From an uncultured Methanomicrobiaceae archaeon (lineage in GTDB: Archaea > Halobacteriota > Methanomicrobia > Methanomicrobiales > Methanoculleaceae), in the NCBI GenBank assembly GCA_963826525.1, contig CAWGXH010000004.1, forward strand, positions 512,001 through 576,000: 64,000 nucleotides of DNA, read 5' to 3'. The notes beneath the pieces are model-generated. The model was not told the DNA's origin. It ran no database searches and saw only the letters and a program-made list of their open reading frames with translations. The first letter of the stretch is position 1; every line of letters starts with the position of its first letter. This document shows positions 23,590-36,151 of this stretch, piece by piece. Both the position numbers and the translations under genes were made by a program.

Positions 23590-24517
23590 ACTGCACCTCC
23601 TTTCTCCTGCACGGTATCGAGGTAGACATCCTCGAGCGACCGGGTCACCCGTCTCGCCTCCACGAGATCCACCCCGGCAAGCACGAGCTCCCGGAGAACC
23701 CGGTGTCCGACCGCTCCGTCGAGCACTACCGTCAGAACGGCGCCGTCGGTGGACGACGACCGGACGCCGTCAAGCGTCGATACCAGGGCAGACGCCCGCT
23801 CCGCCATTGCAGGATCCGCGACCGTGATCTCGTAGACCGGGGCTCTCTCCGGGGCACGCAGGTGATCGACGGAGTCGTATGCCCTGATCCTGCCCGCATC
23901 GAGGATTGCAACCTTCGTGCAGACCCGCTGCACCTCGTCGAGGTTATGCGAGTTTAAAAAGACCGTCCGGTTCTCCTCTCGTGATAACTCAAGGATGAGG
24001 TCGCGGACCAGCCGCTGCGCCTCGGGATCGAGGCCCGACGTCGGTTCGTCCAGGAAGAGCAGGGCAGGTTTGTGAATTATCGCCCTCGCTAAGGCGAGCT
24101 TCCGCATCATTCCGGTGGAGAAGGTTCCGACCGGAACGTCGGCGGAACCAGCAGAGATCGACGTACTCGAGGAGTTCTTCTATGCGTTTCTCAGGGCTCT
24201 GAACCCCGTACAGCTCCCGCATAGTACCGCAGGTTGTCGTGCGCCGAGAGGCGGGCATAAAGACCGTTGTTCTCGAGGAGAACACCGATGCGCCGCCGAA
24301 GAGTATCATCTTTCCCGAGGTCGAACCCGTAGACCCGTGCCGTCCCGGAGGTTGGTTGCAAGAGCCCGAGGAGGATCCTGATGGTCGTGGTCTTGCCGGC
24401 ACCATTCGGGCCGAGGAATCCGAAGACTTCCCCTTCCTCGACCTGGAACGATATCCCGCCGAGCACTGCCTTGCCGTCGAATGTCTTTGTCAGATCCGTA
24501 ACGTCGATAATCGCCAT
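23586..24517 (-). CDS. ABC transporter ATP-binding protein, exporter type (two frameshifts)
   Basis: GPNGAGKTT, FSTGMMRKLALARA, LDEPTSGLDP and NSH motifs across three frames. Confidence 0.88.
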
Positions 24518-24815
24518 GCCTTTCGCTCCCTGCACCGGACCACCGGGACCGCCATACATGATCGGCAGTTCGGCGTCGAGGCACACTACTCCCGGTGCGG
24601 GAGTAGCCGACCCCGGAGGGGGGACGGAACGCTCACCATCCCGCTACCCGTCACGGGGCGTTCACCCCGGATACATCTTTCCAAAGGGGCGATGCCATCC
24701 AATTATTATCGGAACAGAGGGGTCTTAAATTGTTCCCCAAATGCCCGCAAACTTAATTTCCTTTGAGTATATTCAGACACAGGTACTCCACCCGGAGGAC
24801 GGTGATCGGCATAGT

Positions 24816-27075
24816 ATGAACAGGTTACTGATAGTGTCAAACAGACTCCCGATAAAGATCACCAAAAAGAGAGGTGACCTTTCCTTCGAGCGTACCGCAG
24901 GAGGGCTCGCAACCGGTGTCGGATCGTTCTATAAATCATACGATAGCTTGTGGATCGGTTGGCCCGGGGTGAACGTGCGGAGGAATGACCTCGAGGAGAA
25001 GAATAGGATCACCGCAGAACTCGCGAAGGAACAGTGCCACCCGGTCTTCCTCTCGCCCTACGATGTCAGAAACTACTACGACGGTTTCTGTAACAACACC
25101 ATCTGGCCGCTCTTCCACTACTTCAACCACTTTGCCGAGTACGACAAACAGCAGTGGAAGGTCTACAAAAAGGTGAACGAGGCATTCTGCGAGACCGTCG
25201 TCGAGGTTGCGAACCCCGACGACATGATATGGGTACACGACTACCAGCTCATGCTCCTCCCGCAGATGCTCCGTGAACATCTGCCGAACGCAGAGATAGG
25301 GTTCTTCCTCCATATCCCGTTCCCGTCGTACGAGATCTTCCGGCTCCTCCCCTGGAGGAAGGAGATCCTGGAAGGTCTGCTCGGTGCGGACCTCGTCGGG
25401 TTCCATACCTACGACTACATCCGCCACTTCCTCTCCAGCGTGCGCCGAATCCTCGGGTACGAGCACTCACTCGGGGAGGTCGTTACCGGCAACCGGGTCG
25501 TCCGGGCTGATATGTTCCCGATGGGGATCGACTACCAGCAGTTCGCCGGTGCGGTGAGCGAACCTGCCGTGGAGGAGGAGATCGCACGAGCCCGCGGGCA
25601 GTACGGCGACCGGAAGATCATCCTCTCGTTCGACCGGCTGGACTACACGAAGGGCATCCCGCTTCGCCTGGAGGCGTTCGATACGTTCCTCGAGAAGAAA
25701 CCCGAGTACCAGGGGAAGGTCTCGTTCATTCTCGTTGCGGTTCCCTCGCGGACGGCCATCGAGCACTACCAGACGTTAAAGCAGCAGATCGACGAACTGG
25801 TCGGGCGGATCAACGGGAAGTACGGGACGACCGACTGGGTGCCGGTGCGCTACTTCTACAACTACCTCCCGTTCGAAGCCCTCGTCGCGAACTACAAACT
25901 CGCCGACGTCGCCCTCGTCACCCCGATACGCGACGGGATGAACCTCATGGCCAAAGAGTTCGTGGCGACGAAGACCGACGGCCGGGGGGTGCTCATCCTC
26001 TCGGAGATGGCAGGAGCCGCCCCGGAACTCGGCGAGGCGATCATCGTCAACCCAAACGACCGGGAGGCGGTAGTGGAGGCGATCGAGACCGCCCTGACGA
26101 TGCCCGAGGAGGAGCAGACCGAGCGGAACCGGATCATGCAGAAGCGGCTGCAGCGCTACGACGTCACCAACTGGGCCGGCGACTTTATCAACCGACTGGA
26201 CGACGCCCACCTCCTCCAGCAGACGCGTTCCGAGCAGCTCCTGACGGCAACGATGCGGAAGCGGCTGCTCGCCGACTACGGGGCGGGAGAGAGCCGCCTG
26301 ATCCTGCTTGACTACGACGGAACGCTGGTTCCTTTTGCGGCAAAACCCGAAAAAGCAGTTCCCGACAGGGCGGTTCGGGAAGAACTCGCCCGGCTTACTG
26401 CGGTGCCGAACAACGAGGTGGTCATCATCAGCGGCCGTGACCGGCATACCCTCGAATCGTGGTTCGGGGCGACGGACTTGAGCTTCATCGCCGAACACGG
26501 CGTCTGGATCAAGGAGCGAAGCCGCGACTGGACGATGCAGGAGTCGCTCTCGAACGAATGGAAAGAGGAAGTGCTCCCGATCCTCGAGACTCTACGCAGA
26601 CCGGACGCCCGGCGCTTTCGTCGAGGAGAAAGAGTACTCGCTCGTATGGCACTACCGGAAGGCCGACCCGGTTCTCGCATCACTGCGGGCGAAGGAGCTG
26701 AAAGATCATCTCCTCCACCTCACCTCAAACCTCAACATCGCCGTCATGGATGGGAATAAAGTCATCGAGGCCAAGAGCGCCCTGATCAACAAAGGCCGGG
26801 CGGCACTCCACTGGACGAACCGGAAACCCTGGGACTTCATTCTCGCGATCGGGGACGACCGGACGGACGAAGATCTCTTCGAGGCGCTTCCGGAGGACGC
26901 CTATTCCATCAAGGTCGGGCAGTCCGCATCGAGAGCCCGGTTCAACCTCGCGTCGCAACGCGACGTGCTCCCGCTGCTCCGGAGCTGCACCGCATGCGAC
27001 GAGGCACGGACGCGGGAAAAAAAGCGCCCTCAAAAAGAAAAAGAGAAGAAAATTCTGGGGTCTACTCCACTATAG
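24816..27075 (+). CDS. otsAB: Bifunctional trehalose-6-phosphate synthase/phosphatase (frameshift near 26588)
   Basis: [28 protein letters not shown] and RDGMNL, then HAD DYDGTL and [11 protein letters not shown]. Confidence 0.93.
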
Positions 27076-28647
27076 CCGAACGGACGGAGAGGAAGACCGG
27101 ACCTCGGACGTCCACCTTTTTATTATTATCCGTGATGTGGCGCATGGCGTACTCCTCGATCCGCAGGTTGATGTCGCTCGGGAGCTTCGCCATCTTCGCC
27201 TGCACTTTCGTGCCCTCCCCGCAGCGTGCAGCCTCTTCGATCCGGACGGCGGCGACGGCGGCGACGGCGGCGAGGTAGGTGATGCCGGTGGAGACCCCCT
27301 CGCTTCTCACCTGCGCCCACTTCTCGACGTCGGGAACGCCGAGCACCGCACCGTTATGCACGAAGACCTCGTTGAAACAGGCAGGCCCGCAGAGCTTCGT
27401 GCCCGACTCAGTCTCCTCGACGAAGACCTCGACCTGCCGGCCGGCAATCTCGCCCTGCCATGCCGAGAACTCACAGGGGCCTGGCTCGGCCGCGTTCGCC
27501 GCCGCAGTCTCCCGGATGGCGGCAGCAAGCCTCTTGCCGAACGCTGTTGCAGGCTCTTCGCGGAGCCTGACCGCTCCTGCGATCTGCCGGTCCGAGAGCG
27601 CCTGCGGGAAGAACTGCGGGTAGGTGAGCTGCCGGACGTCGTTCGACCGGTAGGCGATCATAGCAAGACGCTCGACGCCGAGGCCGAGGTTCATCACTGG
27701 CACGCCGATACCGTACTCAGCAAGGGCGGAGGGCGAGTACATCCCGAAGGTGGCGACCTCCACCCAGTCGAGCACCGGGTGGCGGGCGTAGACCTCGGTC
27801 TGGGAGTCAGGCATGTAGTACTTCGACCGCTTCTCATCCGGTGTGAACTTGAAGTCGGTGAACCCGAACGCGGAGAGGAGCGCTTCCGAGACGGCTTTCC
27901 CCTCCTCGAGCGTCACGTCCTCCCCGGCGACCACGCAGGAGGCGGAGTGGTAGGTCATCAGGCGGGTCGGCCCTTCCTCCTGCTCGCGGCGGAAACACCG
28001 GTCGATCGAGAAGAGGCGGATGGGGAGCTGACGCTTCTCCCAGAGCGAACCGAGCGAGAGGAACCACCCGCTCGTCATGTGGCTCCGGAGCGTGCTCCGC
28101 GAGGACTCCGGCGCAAGCTCGCGGAACTCCGGGAAGACCTCGTCCATGATATGCACGACCGTGGCGTCGTCGGCGGCGAGCACTACCGCGAGCTCGTGCG
28201 TCAGCTCGTCGCCGTCGAATCGTTCCCTTCTTGTAGCCGTGGAGGGTCTCGCGGAGAGAATCCTCGGTCTCCGTGGAGATCGCATGCCCGAGGAGTATCT
28301 CGATCTGGTCGAGCTGCTTTCTCGCTATCCCGACATTCGGGCGCGGCAGCCCGCCGAGGTAAAAGACGCGGTCGAGGACGGCCATCGCCTCAGGCCCAAA
28401 CTGCCGGTAGATATCCGACTCTTCGACGATGAGCGGGTTGATCGCCTCGTCAAATCCCATCGAGAGGTACGTCAACCGCAGCTTCTGTACGATCTCGTAG
28501 ATCGGGTGGGGTTTTGCACGGGTGTACGCAAGACGCGGGTAGCGCCCCGAGACCCCCGGGGGTGTCACGACCTGCGGCCCTTCGTGCCATGCTCGTTCAA
28601 AGTCTTCTTTCGCTCGTTTCCGGTATCTCTTCCACATCAAATCTCAT
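27062..28647 (-). CDS. sepS: O-phosphoseryl-tRNA(Cys) synthetase (frameshifts near 28626 and 28220)
   Basis: [39 protein letters not shown] and [13 protein letters not shown] motifs. Confidence 0.95.
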
Positions 28648-29537
28648 GCTATCCGCTCCAGGCAGACGACCCGGCTGATCGGGCTTTCGTCCTTGATCCG
28701 GTAATCACAGTGTTCAGCAACCCGCTCGGCAAACGCCCGCACCTGATCGTGCGCCGGCATCTGATCACGCTTCAGACGGTGTCTACTGTATCCCAAATGC
28801 ATATAACCCTTTACTTCCACGAACGTGGCGCCTGAGTCCTGGATCCGGGCGGCATACCGTTCAGGGGCGAAGTCGTTCATGCCCTGCACCACCGTGACCC
28901 GGATAGCCGACCGCCGGGTGCCGAGGAGCGCGAGGCTCTCGTGAATCTCGTCCCAGAAGTCTTCCTGCGGCCTGCAGAGGCGAAGGTAGGTCTCCCGGTC
29001 GGGCGCATCAAGGGAGACGTAGAGCTGGTAGGGCTGGCATCGCGCCAGTACGTCCGGGCGGGTGCCATTGCTGACGAGAAAGGTCGTATACCCGTCCTCG
29101 TTCAAGCCGTCGATCAGCTCCGGAAGGGGTGCATAGCAGGTCGGTTCGCCCGAGAGGGAGATCGCGACCATCGTCGGCGTCAGCGCTTCATTGAACCGCT
29201 CGCCGGTGACATACTGCGAGACTTTGTAGCCGGAGAGGGCTTTCTTCTGGAGCCTCCGGAGGTTTTCGCGGATCTCAGCGGGCGAACATTCTTCCTCCTC
29301 CGTCACCTCGTGCTCGAACGACCGCCAGCAGAAGAGGCACCGCTGGTTGCACCGGAGCGTCGGGGTCATCTGGACGCAGCGGTGGCTCTCGATGCCGTAG
29401 AACTGCGCTTTATAGCACATCTCCCCGCCCTTGAGGGTACGCTTGTTCCACAGGCACGGCTTTACGGCGGCGGACGAGCGGGGGTTGAAAAACTGGTATC
29501 CCTGCTTGCGCAGGGCATCACATGCTTCGGAGTGCAT
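28644..29537 (-). CDS. taw1: 4-demethylwyosine synthase Tyw1/Taw1 (radical SAM)
   Basis: CYKAQFYGIESHRCVQMTP, CNQRCLFCWR and FVEVKGYMHLGYSR motifs. Confidence 0.93.
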   Translation of the reverse strand: MHSEACDALRKQGYQFFNPRSSAAVKPCLWNKRTLKGGEMCYKAQFYGIESHRCVQMTPTLRCNQRCLFCWRSFEHEVTEEEECSPAEIRENLRRLQKKALSGYKVSQYVTGERFNEALTPTMVAISLSGEPTCYAPLPELIDGLNEDGYTTFLVSNGTRPDVLARCQPYQLYVSLDAPDRETYLRLCRPQEDFWDEIHESLALLGTRRSAIRVTVVQGMNDFAPERYAARIQDSGATFVEVKGYMHLGYSRHRLKRDQMPAHDQVRAFAERVAEHCDYRIKDESPISRVVCLERIA

Positions 29538-31182
29538 CGATTCCAAGAGTTTCAAGGGACTCTTTCAGGGTGTTTCTGACCGCATCGACGAGCGTTAAGC
29601 GGCTGCTTTGGGTGATGCCTTCACTCTTGAGCACCGGGTCGTAGTGGTAGAAGGCATTGAAGAGGTCGGCGAGTTCCCGTGCGTACGCGGCGAGGAGGTG
29701 GGGCCGGAGTTCCGTTACCACCTCTTCGACCACGGCCGGGAACCGGGCGAGGTGCTTGACGAGCGCGATCTCGTGCTCGGTCGAGTACTCGAATGTAGTC
29801 TCGAACTCGCCGGCTTTCTCGAGGATGCTGCAGGCGCGGGCATGGGCGTACTGGATGTAGGGGCCGCTCTGCCGTTCGAAGTCGAGCGCCTCCTTCCAGT
29901 CGAAGACCGTGCTCTTCTCGGGGATGATCTTCACGATATCATACCGGATCGCGGCGATGGCGACCGACCGGGCGATGGCGGCCCGCTCCTCCTCGGGGAG
30001 CTCCGGGCGGCGGGTCGTGACCTCCTCCATCGCCTTCGCCGTCACCTCGTCGAGCAGCTCGTCGGCGGAGATGAACTTGCCCGCCCGGGTGCTCATGGAG
30101 CCTTCCGGCAGCGAGACGAACTCGAAATAGACGATCTCCGGCGCCTTTTCGCCGAGAAGCTGCAGGGTGGCGGAGAGCTGGGCGCCGATCAGTTTGTGGT
30201 CGGCACCGAGGATATCGATGATCCGGTCGTAGTTCCGGCCTTTCCAGGTGTGGTAGGCGAGATCGCGGGTGCTGTAGACCGAGGTGCCGTCGCTCCTGCG
30301 AAGGATGTACTTCTTCTCAAAGCCGAACTCGGAGAGGTCGACCCAGAGCGTCTCATCCTCGTGCGTCTGCGGGAGGCGCTTGATCTTGCCCATGACACGG
30401 TCGACGTCGCCGATCCGGATGAAATCGCTCTCCCAGACGAACCGGTCGTGGCTGCCGTGGAGTTCGGCGAGAGTCTCCCGGATACCCTCCGCACAGAGGC
30501 TGACCGCGGTCCGAAACTTCCGGACCGTCTCCGCATCGCCGCGTTCCACCTTCTGCATGCGTGCGTCGATCTCCTTGACGATCTCCGGGTTCTTCTCTAT
30601 CGCCCGGTTGGCGGCGACGTAGACGCGGGCAACGTAGTGATCAGACTTCTCACCCGCATTCCGTTCGATGCCGAGGCTGTCGAACCCCCACGAGACGATG
30701 GCGATCTGCCGCCCCATATCGTTTAGGTAGTACTGCACTTCGAGTGGGTAGCCCGCCTTCCGGAAGGCACGGGCAAGCGTGTCGCCGATGACGGTGTTCC
30801 GGATATGCCCGACGTGGAGGGGGCCGTTCGGGTTGGCGCTCGTATGCTCGAGCACCACCCGCTCGCAGCGGTGGGGGAGCTTGCCGTAGCCGGACTCGAG
30901 AGCTCTCTGCACTCCTTCGCGCAGGTACGAGTCTCCGAAACGGAAGTTGATGTAGGGGCCTTTCGCCTCGACCACGGTATCCCCGATCTCGGGCAGCGCC
31001 GCGAGCTCGCTCGCGAGCTCCGATGCGATCTGCTGGGGCGCCTTCTTCTGCTTCTTCGCGAGTTTGAACGCCACCGTCGAGGCGAGATCGGCATGATCCC
31101 CGCCCTTCGTCAGCAGAACGTCCTCCTCACCCGTGCATGCCCGCAGCATGCGTGCAACCTGGTGATACTTCTCCTGAAACAT
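29518..31182 (-). CDS. argS: Arginine-tRNA ligase
   Basis: EHTSANPNGPLHVGHIRN, MSTRAG and PYIQYAHAR motifs. Confidence 0.97.
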   Translation of the reverse strand: MFQEKYHQVARMLRACTGEEDVLLTKGGDHADLASTVAFKLAKKQKKAPQQIASELASELAALPEIGDTVVEAKGPYINFRFGDSYLREGVQRALESGYGKLPHRCERVVLEHTSANPNGPLHVGHIRNTVIGDTLARAFRKAGYPLEVQYYLNDMGRQIAIVSWGFDSLGIERNAGEKSDHYVARVYVAANRAIEKNPEIVKEIDARMQKVERGDAETVRKFRTAVSLCAEGIRETLAELHGSHDRFVWESDFIRIGDVDRVMGKIKRLPQTHEDETLWVDLSEFGFEKKYILRRSDGTSVYSTRDLAYHTWKGRNYDRIIDILGADHKLIGAQLSATLQLLGEKAPEIVYFEFVSLPEGSMSTRAGKFISADELLDEVTAKAMEEVTTRRPELPEEERAAIARSVAIAAIRYDIVKIIPEKSTVFDWKEALDFERQSGPYIQYAHARACSILEKAGEFETTFEYSTEHEIALVKHLARFPAVVEEVVTELRPHLLAAYARELADLFNAFYHYDPVLKSEGITQSSRLTLVDAVRNTLKESLETLGIDALRSM

Positions 31183-32454
31183 TAGTATCCGGTCCTGTAG
31201 CGTAAAATTGCTGCAATGCCTCCGAATGCGTTGTAAAGCACTGCTCCTTCTTCAAAGTCGTCGGAGATAATCTCCACGTCGGTACTGCTCTGGTCGGCGA
31301 GCGCCGTCAGTTCGTCGACGATATCGCTCTCCTCCTCGATGATGAGCGGGCTCGTATCGTTCGGGCAGACGCCGAGGTCGATATCCTTGAGGGTCTTTCC
31401 CGGTTCGAGACGGATCGTCCGCTCCTCGTGGTGCCCGCAGACCTGGCAGACAATCTTTATCCTCGCCTTCCGGAGTTTGTCGGAGAGGAGGAGCGTAGCC
31501 ACCGCCCCGATCTCGAGGTTCTTTCGGATGCTCTCCTCACCGTAGGTGGCATTTCCATTATCCTTGACGAGCTCCTGGAGGAAGCGGTTCATGAAGGTCT
31601 TCTCCTTGACGACCTCCATCCCTTTCAGAGCGTCCTGGGCGTTGTCCACGAGTTCGTAGAGGCCGTTCTCGTTGGTGTAGGCGACGTCGAAGAGCCCGAT
31701 TATCCGCTTTTGCAACTCGTGGTGGAGATACTCGCCATCCGCGAACTCCTCCTTCGTCGGTGTCGGGCCGCCAATCAGCACACCCTTGAACCGCTCGAAG
31801 AAGTCCTTCTCGGCCATGAATACATCGCTCGCCCGCTCCCCGACCTTTTTGTAGAACTCGTTGATGGCGATCAGCCGGAGCCGCTGGAAACGGGCGGCGG
31901 ACTGACCACCTTTACGCTGTTTCCCGGGAACCGTGGAGGTGACGCCGTTGATAGGCTCTATCCGGTTGCCCCGCAGAAACCCATAGTAGGCTTCACGCCG
32001 GTCGATGACGATCAGGCCGTAGACCTCCTTTTCGCCGAGCATCTGCTTTAAGGGTTCGAGCTCGAAGTTCGAGCTGCACCGGTACATATAGAGGTTGAGC
32101 GGCTCGGGAGGTTCGACGATCTCGCACTGGAGATCAGTCCGGTCGCCGCCGGTACTGACCGTTCCGCAGAAGATGGCCATACCATTCTCCGGCGGGCGGT
32201 TGAAGTACTTCAGCCGGGAGAGGATCGAGGAGATGGCACTCTGGACGTTGGTCCGGGTCTGTTTGCTCTTGATATTGGCACACTGCCCGAACTCGTCGCG
32301 GAGCTGGGCGGTCACATCGTATATCTGTTTATCCGGGGGAATATAGAGAGTGATCGAGCTCGGTACCGCTCCCTTCCTTATCGCTGAGCCTCTCGAGCAT
32401 CTTTTTGAATTCATAGCGCTTTCGCGCCGTATCCATCTCTTGCGCTTCGACCAT
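31182..32454 (-). CDS. prf1: Peptide chain release factor aRF1 (frameshift near 32361)
   Basis: NIKS, YRC and GGQS motifs, C-terminal FGGIAAILRY; true start MVEAQEMD at 32454. Confidence 0.96.
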
Positions 32455-32489
32455 TGAACGTTCACCAAGTTTCCAAGCTACAACTAAGG

Positions 32490-33373
32490 TCAACCCGCAG
32501 GGGCATAAAACTGCGCACTTTCCGCTATCACAGAATTGTCCACCTCGCTAGAGATGCCGTGCGACCCGTTGAAGGCGGAAAACGCCTTCGGCTCCGCCGC
32601 CCGCTCGAAGAGCGCTCTTCCGTCTTCGAAGGGAACGATCGGGTCGTTCTCCGCGTGGAAGATCCAGACCGGCCGCGGGGCGATACTTCCTACGGAGCGG
32701 TCGGGGTCGATGCTCAGCAGGAACCGACGGGCGTCGCCCGTATACCGGTCTCCGGCAAGCCCGAACCCGGAGGTCGAGATCCCGATATACCCTGCAAAGG
32801 CGGGATCGACTGCTGCGGCGACGGCGGCGTAGCGTCCCCCGTTTGAAGAGCCCATCGCGATGACGGGAACTCCTGTCCGGTCGGCGACGAATCTGCCGTG
32901 CCGCTGATAGGTCGCTGACGATCCGATAGTACCTGCGGCCACTCGCCAGCGGCAAACCGCCGGTAATCCTGCTCGATATCGAGCGGCTCGCCCGGCGTAT
33001 CGCCACCGTTCCCGCGAATATCGACGACCAGGAATGCAATGCCCGACTCGGCATACCGGATAGCCCGCTCGCGGTGAGCTTCTGCGGGGACGCCTGCTCC
33101 CGGAGCGTAGACGATTCCCATGACCGGCCGGGCCGGCTCCGCAAGGAGGGCGTGGACATCCGTATCGCCATTCCGGAAGACGATGCTGCTGACGGTGACG
33201 TTGCCCCGCTCCTCGAGGACGCTCCCGGTCATGTCCGGCGGCGGCGTCGCAAGGGTGAGACGGCCGTCCCCGTCGACCGCGTAGGAGGGCTCCTCCGGCG
33301 CCGGGACGGCGAGGCAGCCCGCCGCGAGCAGCAGAAGGGCGACAAGGATGAAAAGAGGCCGCATGGCGATCAA
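32490..33373 (-). CDS. Alpha/beta-hydrolase lipoprotein (two frameshifts)
   Basis: AAGC lipobox, DIRGNG, GSSNGG nucleophile, NDPIVP and GSHG motifs. Confidence 0.75.
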
Positions 33374-33873
33374 TCCAGGCAGCGGTAGGCGAGGCAGATC
33401 GTCTTCGCGTCGACGATCTCCCCGTCCTCGATCATCCGGCGGACGTCGGCGATCGGCACCTTGACGACCTCGATCAGCTCGTCGTCGTCCATCCCGTACT
33501 CGTCGGAGGGAGTAAGGTCGCGGGCTTCATAGAGGTGGATCGTCTCGTCGGTGTACCCGGGCGACGGGTAGATGTACCCCTTCGGGATGAATGTCGCCGC
33601 CCTCATTCCTATCTCCTCGATGAGTTCCCGGTGGGCGGTCTCGCCCGGCGCTTCACCCTCGTCGATCGTCCCGGCCGGCACCTCGTAGATGTACCTGCCG
33701 ACGGCGAACCGGTACTGGCGGACGAGATAGCAGGAGTCACCCTCGACCGGGAGCATCGCGACCGCTCCGCCGGGATGGATCACCACGCGCTCTACCTCGC
33801 TGCCGTTCGGCAGGGCGACCTTCTTCTTCTCGACGGAAAGACGCTTGCCGCGGTAAATGTCCATCCGCATCAC
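33370..33873 (-). CDS. NUDIX hydrolase (ADP-ribose pyrophosphatase-like)
   Basis: Nudix box PAGTIDEGE...[10 protein letters not shown], plus SPG and DAKT. Confidence 0.9.
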   Translation of the reverse strand: MMRMDIYRGKRLSVEKKKVALPNGSEVERVVIHPGGAVAMLPVEGDSCYLVRQYRFAVGRYIYEVPAGTIDEGEAPGETAHRELIEEIGMRAATFIPKGYIYPSPGYTDETIHLYEARDLTPSDEYGMDDDELIEVVKVPIADVRRMIEDGEIVDAKTICLAYRCLD

Positions 33874-34535
33874 TCCGCGTACTCGATAGGGTCGGTAAGG
33901 CCGAGCTCCTCGAACGCCGAACGGCGGAAGTGGCAGGAGTCGCAGACACCGCAGGCGATGTCGTTTTGCTGGTAGCAGGACCAGGTATGCTCGTAGGGAA
34001 CGCCGAGATTTCTACCCACCGTTATGATCTCGGCCTTCGTCATCTGCACGAACGGAGTTTCGAGCCGGATATGCGTCTCCGGCGATGTGCCGATATCCAC
34101 CGCCCGCTGGAACGCCTCGATGAACTCGGGGCGGCAGTCGGGGTAGCCGGAGTAGTCGCCGACCTGGACGCCGATGAAGATGGTGTCGGCACGGCGTGCC
34201 TCGGCAAGGCTGGTTGCTATCGCAAGGAGGTTGCCGTTCCGGAAGGGGACGTAGGTGCTCGGTATCCCGACGCGTCCCTCCTCGTACTCCTCGACCGCGA
34301 GGCTCCGGTCGGTCAGGCTCGAGGCGCCGATCTTCTTGAAGTGTTCGAGGCTGATCTCGACGAACTCCACGGCGCTTAAGAGACGGGCGATCTCCTTCGC
34401 ACATTCGCGCTCTTTCTCTTCGGTCCGCTGTCCGTAGGTGAAATGGAGGGCGACAATATCGTAGCCCATATCCTTTGCAAGGTAGGCAAGCGTCGTCGAG
34501 TCCATCCCGCCCGAGAGGAGACATACTGCTTTCAT
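33870..34535 (-). CDS. queC: 7-cyano-7-deazaguanine synthase
   Basis: SGGMDS, YVPFRN, YPDCR and SCY...CGVCDSC motifs. Confidence 0.97.
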   Translation of the reverse strand: MKAVCLLSGGMDSTTLAYLAKDMGYDIVALHFTYGQRTEEKERECAKEIARLLSAVEFVEISLEHFKKIGASSLTDRSLAVEEYEEGRVGIPSTYVPFRNGNLLAIATSLAEARRADTIFIGVQVGDYSGYPDCRPEFIEAFQRAVDIGTSPETHIRLETPFVQMTKAEIITVGRNLGVPYEHTWSCYQQNDIACGVCDSCHFRRSAFEELGLTDPIEYAE

Positions 34536-35144
34536 TTATTTCACTCCGATAATCTTGTGCAGTTGGAGTTGGAACCTCACCGGGAGGTTCTGGTCGAGGA
34601 TGTACTGCGCGATGGCGAGATAGTCCGACCCCGTCACCGGGGATATAAAGATCTCACCCCGGATATCGTAGTGCGAGATGACCGCCTGCGCGTACCGGCA
34701 GTCGTCGATATCCGCCACCACGAACTTGACGGAGTCGCGGGGCGTTATATCCTTCAGCAGGTCGAGGTTGCTCTTCTCCCCCGAGGAGGGGCACTTGACG
34801 TCCATGCAGATAGCGGCGTACTTCTGCATATCCCGGAACTCGAGTGTTCCGTTCGTCTCGATCTCGACGCTGTAGCCGTGAACGTCGAACTTCTCGAGGA
34901 GTTCGAGGAGCGGTGCGCGCTGCAGCAGCGGTTCGCCCCCGGTGATACAGATATGGGTGCCGCAGAGCCGCCAGACGAGATCCAGAATCTCACCCGTGCT
35001 CAGCTCCTCACCCTCCGACCAGGCGTAGGCGGTGTCGCACCAGCTGCAGCGGAGGTTGCAGCCTGCGAGCCGGATGAAGATGCACGGCGAGCCCTGGCTC
35101 TTCCCCTCCCCCTGCAGACTCTTAAACAACTCAATGATTCTCAT
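34536..35144 (-). CDS. queE: 7-carboxy-7-deazaguanine synthase (radical SAM)
   Basis: SLQGEG, CNLRCSWCDT, TGGEP, ETNG and QLHK motifs. Confidence 0.95.
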   Translation of the reverse strand: MRIIELFKSLQGEGKSQGSPCIFIRLAGCNLRCSWCDTAYAWSEGEELSTGEILDLVWRLCGTHICITGGEPLLQRAPLLELLEKFDVHGYSVEIETNGTLEFRDMQKYAAICMDVKCPSSGEKSNLDLLKDITPRDSVKFVVADIDDCRYAQAVISHYDIRGEIFISPVTGSDYLAIAQYILDQNLPVRFQLQLHKIIGVK

Positions 35145-35544
35145 AGGTACACTCGGCATAGCAGCTCGTCGACTCCCAGATACGGATCTTCGCCACCCGT
35201 GCATCGAGGTTCTGCCGCATCGCTTCGGCATCGATCATCCCTGCCATCGTATCCGCGATCCGCTCGCTCGTCGGGTCGCCGGGCGTGGTGATGACCGGAT
35301 GGAACTGTTCGAGGCACGACACCATCGGGTCGTCCCTATTCAGGATGACCTGATGGTCAAATCCCGAGACGACCTGCTTGATACTGTTGTAGTCGATGAC
35401 GATCCCGGTGCGCTCATCTGCCGTCCCGTCCATCCATACCTGGACGCGCCACTGGTGCCCGTGAAGTCGGAAGCATTTCCCTGAATAGTGCATTAAGCGG
35501 TGGCTTGCTTCAAAAAAAACTTCCTTGTATATCCGGGTTTTCAT
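35131..35544 (-). CDS. queD: 6-carboxytetrahydropterin synthase
   Basis: ASHRL, CFRLHGH, FDH, PTSE and WES motifs. Confidence 0.93.
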   Translation of the reverse strand: MKTRIYKEVFFEASHRLMHYSGKCFRLHGHQWRVQVWMDGTADERTGIVIDYNSIKQVVSGFDHQVILNRDDPMVSCLEQFHPVITTPGDPTSERIADTMAGMIDAEAMRQNLDARVAKIRIWESTSCYAECTYENH

Positions 35545-35559
35545 CACTGATGGTTGCCC

Positions 35560-35645
35560 GCCAGGATATAATATTATATCAGCTTCCCTCCAACTATGTG
35601 AGGGAAAGATCGGTGCGCCTTGGGGGTTCCACAATATATAAATCC
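35560..35645. promoter_or_regulatory. Divergent TATA-box promoters for queD and rps12
   Basis: ATATAATTATAT near 35567 upstream of queD and AATATATAAA near 35633 upstream of rps12. Confidence 0.5.
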
Positions 35646-35717
35646 GCAACGCGCGTTGTTTAATACCACATTGAGAGTTGTTCCTATACAAAAATTCAAT
35701 GCATCAGAGGGTATCCG

Positions 35718-36146
35718 ATGGGAAAAGGTAAATTTGCAGCCAGAAAAATGAAGCGCGACGCCAAGAACGGGCGCTGGCACGACACAAACTACGCACGCCG
35801 CCTGATGGGGCTCGACATTAAGTCCGATCCGCTCGAGGGAGCACCGCAGGGACGCGGGATCGTTCTCGAGAAGGTCGGTGTCGAGGCGAAACAGCCGAAC
35901 TCCGCAATCAGGAAGTGCGTCCGCGTACAGCTGATCAAGAACGGCCGACAGGTCACCGCATTCGCCGTCGGCGACGGTGCCATCAACTTCATCGACGAGC
36001 ACGACGAGGTCGAGATCGAGGGGATCGGCGGCAGACTCGGCCGGTCCATGGGCGATCTCCCGGGTGTCCGATTCGTCGTCACCAAGGTCAACAACGTCTG
36101 TCTCCACGAAATGGTCATCGGACGCAGGGAGAAGCCGCGGAGGTAA
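35718..36146 (+). CDS. rps12: 30S ribosomal protein uS12
   Basis: [19 protein letters not shown] and GDLPGVRF motifs. Confidence 0.98.
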   Translation: MGKGKFAARKMKRDAKNGRWHDTNYARRLMGLDIKSDPLEGAPQGRGIVLEKVGVEAKQPNSAIRKCVRVQLIKNGRQVTAFAVGDGAINFIDEHDEVEIEGIGGRLGRSMGDLPGVRFVVTKVNNVCLHEMVIGRREKPRR

Positions 36147-36151
36147 ATACT

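Noticed and set aside
32340-32400. Programmed frameshift in aRF1, analogous to bacterial RF2
   Set aside because: No slippery site with an in-frame stop; it is a one-base insertion at AGCT like the other apparent sequencing errors.
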